Positions 49,242-58,498 of a stretch of 64,000 nucleotides of DNA are shown piece by piece. The notes below the pieces were generated by a model that worked only from the letters and a program-made list of their open reading frames with translations, had not been told where the DNA came from and did no database searches. The position numbers and the translations under genes are program-made. Source of the DNA: Pelagomonas calceolata. Taxonomy: Eukaryota. The DNA lies in contig CAKKNE010000005.1 of the NCBI GenBank assembly GCA_918797485.1, positions 4,650,001-4,714,000 on the forward strand. Direction: 5' to 3'. Each line of letters opens with the position of its first letter. Positions within the stretch are counted from its first letter, which is position 1.

Positions 49242-50411
49242 ATGGCACAGAGGCTGCCCATTGGCCGCACCGGTGCGAGTATGGACGCCGGCTGCTATCG
49301 CCCTGCTTTCTATCATGCGTGTGAGCGGGGCGACCTCGCGGAAATCCGGCGGCATCTCGACGAGGGCGCAAAATTGGAGGGACAGAGCCTGCCTCTGGGA
49401 CGCACCGGAGATGGTCGAGCGGTGTGGTTTCGGGAAGACCTGCCAGGCCTTCGCAACTTCGCAAACGGGAACTTCGACCCGCCCACGTGCACCTTTGAAG
49501 TTGCGGAAGACCATACGCCGCTGCTCGTCGTCGCCCGGCGCGGGAAAGTTGTCGCCACGAGGCTACTCCTGGAACGCGGCGCTGATCCTAATGTGAAGAT
49601 CGCTGTGGAAAGATCGGCGCAGATCCAATACGGGCACATTCCATCATCGGGTCGATCAAACACGTCGCCGGATTGGATCGCCGATGAGTGTACGCCGCTC
49701 CTCCTTGCGTGTAAGGCGGGCCACGCGCAGGTGGCGAGCCTACTTCTCGATTTCGGCGCCGACGTCAACTTTATGACCGTTGATGGTTTTACGGCATTGT
49801 CTTATGCGTGCAAGGCAACCGGAGAACCCGTTGATGTTGTGACTTTACTGCTCGATCGAGGCGCCGACATCACGAAGGGTCGCAGTGAAGGACCGAGGCC
49901 GAACTGCTTTTGCGAAATGACGCCGCTTCGCTATGCTGTCAGGAATCACAAATTGAACATAGTCCGGCTGCTTCTTGCACGCGGTGCTCCAGTCGATCAA
50001 GGGAGCCACACCTTTGACCCTGAGCGAGAGGGATGTGAAGAGGTTTTTGAATCACCACTTTACATGATGTGCAGGCATTGTTCTCATGTACCAAGTCCGG
50101 TCAAATTTGCTGTGGTGCGGCTTCTTCTCGCGCACGGAGCGTCTTTCGAGCTACCGCACCTCACTTTCTGGGAATATGGTAGCGGACCTCTGCCTCCCGA
50201 ATTTACGACGCCGCTCTGGTGTGTTCGGGATGCGGCGCGATGCCGGCTGCCCGGGGCGCCCGAAATGAACGCCCTCTTCGACGACTACCTCAAGAAGTAC
50301 TGGACGTTGCGCTACAAGCTCCGTCTTTTCGGGGACTTGGACGAGTACCTTTCGAACTACCTCGCGTCCTTCATCATCGGCGACGGCGTCATGTCGACGA
50401 AGCGCACGTGA
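49242..50411 (+). CDS. ankyrin repeat protein (start uncertain: 49170, 49242 or 49281)
   Basis: HTPLLVVARRG...LLERGADPN, TPLLLACKAGH...LLDFGADVN, GFTALSYAC, TPLRYAV...LLARGAPVD. Confidence 0.85.
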   Translation: MAQRLPIGRTGASMDAGCYRPAFYHACERGDLAEIRRHLDEGAKLEGQSLPLGRTGDGRAVWFREDLPGLRNFANGNFDPPTCTFEVAEDHTPLLVVARRGKVVATRLLLERGADPNVKIAVERSAQIQYGHIPSSGRSNTSPDWIADECTPLLLACKAGHAQVASLLLDFGADVNFMTVDGFTALSYACKATGEPVDVVTLLLDRGADITKGRSEGPRPNCFCEMTPLRYAVRNHKLNIVRLLLARGAPVDQGSHTFDPEREGCEEVFESPLYMMCRHCSHVPSPVKFAVVRLLLAHGASFELPHLTFWEYGSGPLPPEFTTPLWCVRDAARCRLPGAPEMNALFDDYLKKYWTLRYKLRLFGDLDEYLSNYLASFIIGDGVMSTKRT

Positions 50412-50509
50412 TGATTTGTCCGAGGCCGTGTGCAAACCTGTAAGGAGACTTTGTTTTTTATCGGAGTATAGCTCTCTTCGATTGACGTCTTCCAAAGCCT
50501 CGCGCGTGG

Positions 50510-50528
50510 GCTAGCGTTAAGACACTAG
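50510..50528 (+). promoter_or_regulatory. bipartite GCTAGC...AAGACACTAG motif
   Basis: GCTAGCGTTAAGACACTAG about 155 bp upstream of the amino acid transporter ATG. Confidence 0.6.
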
Positions 50529-50683
50529 CAAGCAGACTTTCAAGCACGTCGTGCGCGGCCAAAACACGCTCGTCGGCGCGTAAAACACAACGCCAAGCGC
50601 ACTTCGCGTCTCAATTGATCAAGTATTAGACGGCTGTGACAGTAGAAGCGACGCCGCCGCGCTAGGTGACCGCACCAAACCAA

Positions 50684-52514
50684 ATGGCTGCACAGCCCCC
50701 GCAAGCCTCCCCGGTCTCCCAGGCCCACGCCACCTACACCCACGGCCAGGACGCCGGGGATTTAGCCGCGCGCGCGCGCGAGCTGGGCCTCGAGCGGCGC
50801 GCGGCGCTGCTGGAGGCGTCGCGGCAGCGGCACTCGTTGTACGGCGGCACGCTCAAGTCGACGCGGCTGCGGCTCGCGGTGCTCGCGTCGTTCGACCCCG
50901 ACCTCGAGGAGGAGGACTGGCAGCGGACGCCGTCGACGCCGACCGCGCGGCGGCCGCTCGACCGGTCGCCGTCGTGGCTCGAGGACGTCGAGGCGCGCCG
51001 CGAGGCGCGCCAGAGCGGCTTCACGCTGCAGCAGGCGTTCCTGGCGACGGTCAAGTCGGCCGTCGGCCCCGCGGTGCTGTACATGCCCCGGGGCTTCGAG
51101 GAGGGCGGCCTCGCGTTTTCGTTAGGCATGCTCGTCCTCAGCTTCGCGCTCTTCGGGCTCGGCGCGACGCGGCTGCTGGAGGCCTGGGCGCTCCACGGCC
51201 GGAGCTACTCCGGGCTCATGGGCAAGGCCTTTGGGCTCAAGGGCGTCTACCTCTGCCGCGTCACGATCGTGCTGCAGCAGTGCGGCATCTGCCTCACGTA
51301 CGTCATCTTCATCGCGACGAACTGCCGCGAGCTCTGGGCCTACTGGACCGGCGCGACGCCGACGCTGGCGACGTGCTGCGCGCTGCAGCTCCTCGTGCTC
51401 GTGCCGCTCTCGTGGATCCGCGACATGCAGACGTTCGCGACGACGAACCTCATCGCGAACGCGCTGATTCTGTACGCGTTGATCGTGCTGGCGCTCCACG
51501 CGACGACGACGATCGCGCACGACCCGCCGGCCTCACTAACGACGCTGCCGCTCTTCAACCGCGAGTCGTTCTATTTGTTTGTTGGGACGTCTGCCTTCGT
51601 CTACGAGGGCTCCGCCGCGCTCGTCGTGCCCCGTGTGAAAATCAACCAGTGCGTCGGGTGCACCCGACAATTCTTCACTAAGTCAATCGGCGATGATGTG
51701 GCCGTGCTGGCCCGGCCGAGCGGCGAGGAACCGGCATCGCCACGCCATCGAGCAGGCGTCGCATCGATGGCGTGGAGGTCGACGCGAAGATTCAGCACGA
51801 ACCCGCCGTAAAATTTTGATTTCCACACAGGTCGTGCCGCTCCAAGAGGCCGTCAAGCCGGACCGGCGCGCCGACTTCTCGAAGATGTACGTGCGGACGT
51901 GCGCGGGTATTATTGCGACCTATATCTTCTTCGGTGCGCTGAACTGGATCGCCTATGGCAAGAGCACGCAGGTCGTCCTCACGCTGAACCTGCCGCGCGG
52001 GCCGTGGAAGGCGTCCGTCCAGCTCGCCTATTCGTTGGCCGTCGTCTTCACGTTCCCGCTGCAGCTCTACCCCGCCGTGCAGATCCTCAAATCGGTGGGC
52101 CGCAAGCTGAAGCGGCTGTCCGTGTCGCGCGTCGGGTACGTGGCCATCGACGACCCGACGACGGTCGAGCCGCCGTCGGAGACGGACACCGAGGCCGACA
52201 CGCCGACGCGCGCGATCAAGCCGCCGCGGCCGCGCACGTCCAAGCTCGAGGGCAACGCCGCGCGGACCGCGGTCGTCGCGGTCCTCGTCGCCGTCGCCAT
52301 CGCCGAGGTCCGGCGCCTCGACAAGATCGTCGCGCTCGTCGGCGGCTTCCTCGGCATCCCGCTCGCCTTCGTCTACCCGCTCGCCGTGCACCTCCGCCTC
52401 GTGCCGAACGCGCCGGCGCGGACGCGCGCGCTGAGCATCGTTGCCATGGGCGTCGGCGCCGTGCTCGGTTTGGTTTGCTCGGCCGTGACTTTGCTGACGT
52501 GGAACCGGTCTTGA
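50684..52514 (+). CDS. amino acid/auxin permease (AAAP; SLC36/Avt3-4-like) transporter; exons 50684-51622, 51831-52514
   Basis: AFLATVKSAVGPAVLYMPRGF..GG, QQCGICLTYVIFIATN, FVGTSAFVYEG, FTFPLQLYPAVQI, LVGGFLGIPLAFVYP. Confidence 0.92.
51631..51830 (-). mobile_element. introner element (200 bp, inverted relative to the 23939 copy), 8-bp TSD GTCGTGCC; intron 51623-51830 on +
   Basis: TIRs CCGTGTGAAAATCA / TGATTTCCACACAG. Direct repeats at 51623-51630 and 51831-51838. The interior is homologous to the reverse complement of 23939-24141. Confidence 0.92.
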
Positions 52515-52805
52515 TTTGATGTCGGGCTTAAGTAGTGTTGTTTATTTCGCGAGCTTTTGACATTTTGTTCGGGTTGCCTGTGCTGTACCTTTTGGGTCAG
52601 GTCTCGGACACCGCCGCAGAGACACCAGCCGCGTCGAACTGGGGGTAGTGTCTGATTCATTTGTGTCACGCGACCACCGCTCAAAGAGCTGCGGCGCGTT
52701 TGACGGCTGGAAGAGCACCTATCAAAGCTTGTGCTCTCCGCAGTGCGTTTCACACCGAGCCTCTGTGGCGCCTTTGACTCCTCGCCAAGCAGCAGGACAA
52801 CCACC

Positions 52806-53567
52806 ATGGCGGAAGAGAATCTCGTAACTAAGGAGGTCGAGGAGAGCCTCCGCAGACTCAAGTCGCTCTTAGACGACGGCATCATCACCGAGAGTGACTT
52901 TGAGGAGAAGAAGAAGCAGCTCCTACGTCTGCCACCCGCGAAGCGCGAGGCGCCGCCGGCCGACGCGGCCGCCACGCCGCCCAAGAAGATGGCCAAGCCG
53001 CCGTCGGCCACGCCGCCGCCCGCGCAGCCGGCGAGCATCGACCTCACGAACGACACCGAGGCCCCTCCGCCGGCGGCCGCCGCCCCACCGGTCGCGCCGC
53101 CGGCCGTCGCGCCGCCGGCCGTCGCGCCTCCGGCCGCCGCGCCGCCGGCCGCGCCGCCGGCGCCGGCGATCGTGCAGCCGCCCAGAGGGATCTCGACGAA
53201 CCGGGCCGCCATGGCCCGCTACAATAGGCACGAGCGCGACCTGCTGCAGGCGAGGGACGACTGGGAGGCCTTCCTATCGGCGGACAACGTGGACAGCGGC
53301 GACGACGACGCGTCGCCAAAGCAGCTGACCGGATATTTCCCTGCTTGGGAGAACGCCAAGTACCTGGAGCTGCTCAACAAGTACGGCGAGCCCAAGAATG
53401 CGAACCCGGAGGCGTTGAGGGCTTTCTCGCAGGAGTTCTGTTATCGAAAGAAGGCGTCGATAACGTCGCACCCCAGCTATTTCAACAAAGGCGCGTACGA
53501 TGCCTGGCGCGCCGCGAACGGCGGCAAGTGGGTCGGCTTCACGTGGACAGCCCCGAACGGACTGTGA
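52806..53567 (+). CDS. hypothetical protein with N-terminal SHOCT-like domain and Pro/Ala linker
   Basis: ESLRRLKSLLDDGIITESDFEEKKKQLL matches the SHOCT pattern, followed by APPAV repeats. Confidence 0.7.
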   Translation: MAEENLVTKEVEESLRRLKSLLDDGIITESDFEEKKKQLLRLPPAKREAPPADAAATPPKKMAKPPSATPPPAQPASIDLTNDTEAPPPAAAAPPVAPPAVAPPAVAPPAAAPPAAPPAPAIVQPPRGISTNRAAMARYNRHERDLLQARDDWEAFLSADNVDSGDDDASPKQLTGYFPAWENAKYLELLNKYGEPKNANPEALRAFSQEFCYRKKASITSHPSYFNKGAYDAWRAANGGKWVGFTWTAPNGL

Positions 53568-53853
53568 GTCTCGGCGCCCGCGGCGCGACGGGGCCGCGCC
53601 GGTCTCGTCGTCGTCGCATCCCCCCTCCCCCCTCCTGGACGCCAGTAAGAGTGAACACATGTCTCTTGGAGAGCTTTGGACCCCTCTCTGGTCAAATCCG
53701 GCTCGCTGGCTTTGTCCTTAATTTTTTGGCAAGGCAGACGTGTGAGCTAAATCGGGAGCGATTTGACGCGTCACGCAACGACGGAGCGTGTGCATAGCGT
53801 CTACGCTGCCAAAAAACATATAGCTGCGCAGCAACGCCAGCTCTCCGACAGCA

Positions 53854-55040
53854 ATGTCGGCCATGGCCAGCTTGCCACCCCTGAAGCCCATAGATCATGG
53901 AAGCGGGTTTGATCGACACATCCTGATCACGGGAGGTGCTGGGTTCATTGCGTCGCACGTCGTCATTCTCCTCTGCAAGAAGTACAGCCTTGCTGCGTGA
54001 AACTCAACCCGCCGCGCCGCAATGTCGCCGCGACGCCGTCGAAGCCAGTGAATCAGTTGCGCGAGACGCCGCCGCCGCGCAGGTACCCGAAGTACAAGAT
54101 CCTGAACTTCGACCGCCTCGACTACTGCTCGTGCCTCGCGAACCTCGAGGAGGTCGCGTCGCTGCCGAACTACAAGTTCGTCAAGGGCGACATCTGCTCG
54201 GCGGACCTCGTCAACTACGTTTTGGAGACGGAGAAGATCGACACGATCATGCACTTCGCGGCGCAGACGCACGTCGACAACTCGTTCGGCAACTCGTTCC
54301 AGTTCACGCGGAACAACATCCTCGGCACGCACGTGCTGCTGGAAGCGGCGAAGGTGCACGACGTCGTGCGCTTCGTCCACGTCTCGACGGACGAGGTCTA
54401 CGGCGAGGGCGAGTCCATGGAGACGGCGCCCATGATCGAGGACCACGTCCTCGAGCCCACGAACCCATACGCGGCGACCAAGGCCGCGGCCGAGTTCCTC
54501 GTGAAGTCCTACCACCGGTCCTTCGGGCTGCCCGTGATCATCACGCGCGGCAACAACGTCTACGGCCCGCACCAGTTCCCCGAGAAGCTGATCCCGAAGT
54601 TCACGAACCAGCTCGCGCGCGGCCGCGCCGTGACGCTGCACGGGACGGGCGAGAACACGCGGAACTTCCTCTTCGTCGAGGACGTGGCGCGCGCCTTCGA
54701 CTGCATCCTCCACAAGGCCGAGATCGGCAAGGTCTACAACATCGGCGGCTCCAACGAGCAGTCGAACCTCGCGGTCGCCAAGCAGCTCATCAAGATCATG
54801 GGCCTCGAGGACCAGGAGGCGTCGCTCATCTCCTTCGTGCCGGACCGCGCGTTCAACGACCTGCGGTACACGATCGACAACTCCGCGCTCGAGGCGCTCG
54901 GCTGGAAGGAGCTCATGCCCTGGGAGGAGGGCCTCAAGCGCACCGTGGAGTGGTACAAAACCTACTCCGTCCGCTACGCGAACATCGAGCAGGCCCTCGT
55001 CGCGCACCCGCGGATCGAGTCCGCGGTGTCGGCTATCTAG
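53854..55040 (+). CDS. NDP-glucose 4,6-dehydratase (RmlB/RHM N-terminal type); exons 53854-53981, 54083-55040
   Basis: ILITGGAGFIASHV lies in exon 1 (absent from the ORF track). HFAAQTHVDNSFGNS, HVSTDEVYG, PTNPYAATKA, TRGNNVYGPHQFPEKLIPKF, DRAFNDLRY. 101-bp GT-AG intron. Confidence 0.93.
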
Positions 55041-55099
55041 TCCAGTCGTCGTTCTATCGCGGGGTTGTGGTTATAAAGTACTCTACTAACTAAACAAAA

Positions 55100-56218
55100 T
55101 TAGGAGAACAGCTCCTCCTCCAGGTCGGCAGCCCATGCGTCTTCATCGTCCTCGACGTCCCCATAGTGCTCGCCGGCGCGGAGCCAAAACGCACAGACAA
55201 TCGCGATCATTTCATTCGGAATGGGAAAGGCGCCGACGCGCTCGAGCATTGCGACGAACGGCGCGCGGCGCGACTCGTCGTATTTCGCGAAGCTTCCCGC
55301 GGCGATGACGTGGAGGAAATAGGTCGAGAGCTCCTCGGCGGCAGCAATGCGAACGTCGGCGGTATCAGGGCCTGTGTAGACATCAAAAATTTCACGGCGC
55401 CATCGTCGCGGCGACCTCCAGAGCACCGGAGACTCTGGTTGATTTCCACACAGAACGGGACGCTCCGTTCGCAAAATATTCAAACTTAAGCGGTCGAGCG
55501 GTCGGCAATGCCACGTTGGAGAGATCGTAGCGCCCGCGCGCAGAAGCATCGGGATGAGTCTTCTGCGCGCACATCTGATTCCAGAGACCGACGATCGGTA
55601 ATCACCGACGATGAACTGAGCCATGCTCAGCGAACTCGTCACGTCAGCACCGGCTTTCAGAAGGGCGGCGACGGCTTCCAGATTCAAGCACTCGATCGCT
55701 TTCGTTAAAGGATCCGGGTGGCCCCCGGCTCGACACAAATAACCATTGGGATTTGCGCCCGCCTGAAGCAGGAGTTCGACGCAACGTAAAGTTCCGTGAA
55801 CTACCGCGCAGGCCAAAGCATTAGGTAGGACTGGATATTGAACGAATGCAAGTGGGGATGGATCAATAGAGTCGTCGTCTTCCGTGTCCATGTCGGACTC
55901 CGTGGGAAGGCTGCGGCAGTAATCGACGTCCGCGCCCCCTTCCAGGAGTGCCGCGACGCTCTCGGCGAACCCATGTGCCGCCGCCACCATGAGAGGCGTC
56001 TGTCTCTTGAATTCTAGCTCGGTGTCCGCGCCGCCGCGGACGAGTAGCCGGATCAAGTCAGGGCGGTGCACGACCTGATGAAGCAACGGCCGTCCGTGCT
56101 GATCCATCGCGTTCACGGGCCCGCCGTCGTCAAGATATTGAGTGATGTTTTCACATGTCGCCACAATTTCGTGTCGCCGCCGCGGCGACGCGAAATGTGG
56201 CGATTGCCGTGTCGCCAT
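55100..56218 (-). CDS. ankyrin repeat protein with a probable in-frame 90-bp intron (55461-55372)
   Basis: QTPLMVAAAHG...LLEGGADVD, LLLQAGANPN, LLKAGADV. C-terminal PIPNEMIAIVCAFW. Confidence 0.8.
   Translation of the reverse strand: MATRQSPHFASPRRRHEIVATCENITQYLDDGGPVNAMDQHGRPLLHQVVHRPDLIRLLVRGGADTELEFKRQTPLMVAAAHGFAESVAALLEGGADVDYCRSLPTESDMDTEDDDSIDPSPLAFVQYPVLPNALACAVVHGTLRCVELLLQAGANPNGYLCRAGGHPDPLTKAIECLNLEAVAALLKAGADVTSSLSMAQFIVGDYRSSVSGIRCARRRLIPMLLRAGATISPTWHCRPLDRLSLNILRTERPVLCGNQPESPVLWRSPRRWRREIFDVYTGPDTADVRIAAAEELSTYFLHVIAAGSFAKYDESRRAPFVAMLERVGAFPIPNEMIAIVCAFWLRAGEHYGDVEDDEDAWAADLEEELFS
55372..55453. mobile_element. short degenerate introner element (82 bp)
   Basis: CTGTGTAGACATCAAAAATTTCACGGCG ... 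CTGGTTGATTTCCACACAG. On the minus strand a GT lies exactly 8 nt before the TIR. The flanking 8-mers match 5/8. Confidence 0.75.
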
Positions 56219-58498
56219 CCCGCCGCAGAGGTGGTGGGCAGTAGAATCTCTGTACGATAGCGCGCGCGCCGGACGCAGGCTGTGTGAGACTGGTCCCCAG
56301 GGGGTCTTGTAACCGTTTTTGGCCCTGTTTACGCGTTTGTCAACGCGACCACAGTTGTGTGGGTCGTGCTCGGTTGCACGATGGCCCAACGCGCCGCTCA
56401 GAGGCCGCGGATAGCACGACGCGCGTTTCGGCGGCGGCGAAACCCGTTTAGTTGCTTTTGCAATTTCCACGCGACGCGACATGCAGCCGATTGAGCATCC
56501 TTTGGTTCGCTAACGGTCCAAAGAGATCGATGGGATACTTCCTGGGGGCCAAAAAAATTATTTTCTGGATGTCGCGATGCTGACGTCTCCACCGTGCGGG
56601 CGCGTCGATGGAATCCTGTCGATTCGTGGCCCTGAGGTCTCCCTGGGGCCGCTTGGGGTCGTTACTAGACATGGTCAATCGCCTACACCGCATGCGTGGG
56701 CGCTCCCATCGGTGGATACATATCAAGACGGGTCCCAGCAGCCTTCGAGCCTCCAGTACAAGTCCCCAGAGTTTTCGATCCAGAGAGCACCAAGCACCGG
56801 CGTATGCGGTCTAGGTGACCACCCGACCCCAGACCTATCCCGGAGCGAGCCCGAGAGCCGATCAGCCCCCGAAAAAAGTGTGCAATTTGGACCCGATGGC
56901 GCCCCGTTCCCGTCAAAAACGTCAATTACCCGAGGCCCCCCAGTAGTCGCCGTAGCGGTCTCGTTGGACCCCATACTACCCCACCGATAGTCAATTACAA
57001 GTATGTGACATCTACATTATAAGAAGGGTACTTTTGGCTGCCCATGCTCGGGACGTGAACATCTTTATCTGGACCGCGCGCAAGTCGGTCGGTCATAAAA
57101 CAAATGATCGCGCCATGGTCCATGGTAATGGTACACGGGCTGATGGCCGCAGATCCGGGTCTGGTGCCCCTTTACGCCATCGACGCGAGCCGCAAGACCA
57201 ACGAGGCGCGGGAGCATTTGGTAATAGGAAATCAAATGTAGTACACGCTCAGGCCGGTTATCTGGCCCGTCCGGTAACCGAAGCGCCTGAAACGCGAATT
57301 TATTTTACAACTCACCGGTCTGGGGCCTTTCCGGTGCCCCGCGTACGCACCGTCGTCCGCGGAGAACGGGCAAGTCGGTCGATTGTGAATAGAACAACGG
57401 CGTTGTGGTCCATCTGGATGGTGCCGTCGCCGATACTCGCGGGTCTAGGTATTGCGCCTTTTTAAAAGTAAACCTGGGGTCGCGAAGACGACGAATCGCG
57501 AGGCTCTAACGGAATATCTAAAATAGCTCAGTGGGCGCTGATGCGGGTTAGATGGACTCTACCACTAAGAAACGGAAGGAAACGAACATAAACTCGGGAG
57601 TTGTCTAGTAGAATTGTGTTCCCGCCCTCCGAGCGCGCGCCGTCGGCTCCGGTTCCGTCGAGTGTGTATGAAAACTGGACTGGAGTTGATATAATGTACT
57701 ATTCGGATGGGGGATGGCGCCGTCAATCGCTGGTGTAAATTGGCAACTCGTAAGACTCATCCGCGAATGTCGGCGCGGGGCTGTGTCTTCCGGGAGCCTC
57801 GAGGGTATGTTGCCGGGGCGCTACCCGTAAACTTTTGGTGTCGGTCAACGGATATGATGAATTGTGAATTTGTGAACCACTTCGTTTGCTCCTTTGGCTC
57901 CTTCTCGTGTTGCGTGTGCGGTGTACGTCGGAGCTCGTTGTTTGTGCGTTAGAATTGCCAGGATCGTCTGCGTCGTAATTCAGCGCGTTTGGACGCGTTG
58001 GGGGGTGCTCCAAAGGAGCGTGAAAAATTGAGACCAGTCTTGCGACTCAATCTACTGAATTGGTGTAGTTTTCCTGCGCACACGCGTGCGTGGGCAAAAG
58101 ACAATCAAACAGCAGACACTGCGTCATGCAACTAGCAATTATTCCTCCTCAATCGAAATTTCACTGGACGGAATCATGCCCTAGCCTGTTTAAAAGTCTG
58201 ACACGTTGTCAAAAACATAAAAACACGCTGGTTGCATCACACAAGAATGCTAGTCAGAAAAATCCAGAGTAAGTGGAGAAGGGGGTGGAGAAGGGGGAGA
58301 AGGGCTGCGGGAGGCGTTTTTCCCATGGACGGCTGAGGTTCGGGTTGTGCGCCAGACGCTGGTGCGCGCGAATAACTTTCATCCAGCCCTACGCGGCCGC
58401 GCGGCCGGCTGCGCAGTAGGAAATACACCTCCATACCTACACCGTGCAGAAGTCTGCGCAATCAACGAGCGCCACAACACCCCACTGCACGCTGCGCC

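Noticed and set aside
53895..55093. Long alternative-frame and antisense ORFs (370 aa minus, 385 aa plus) over the dehydratase; similar shadows over many other genes
   Set aside because: They are expected shadows of high-GC3 coding sequence, are Arg/Ala/Pro-rich and have no recognisable motifs.
57034..58013. Short ORFs in the gene-poor block as a possible transposase
   Set aside because: No DDE, zinc-finger or RT motif and no coding-like codon bias. The autonomous partner of the introners is not visible in this window.
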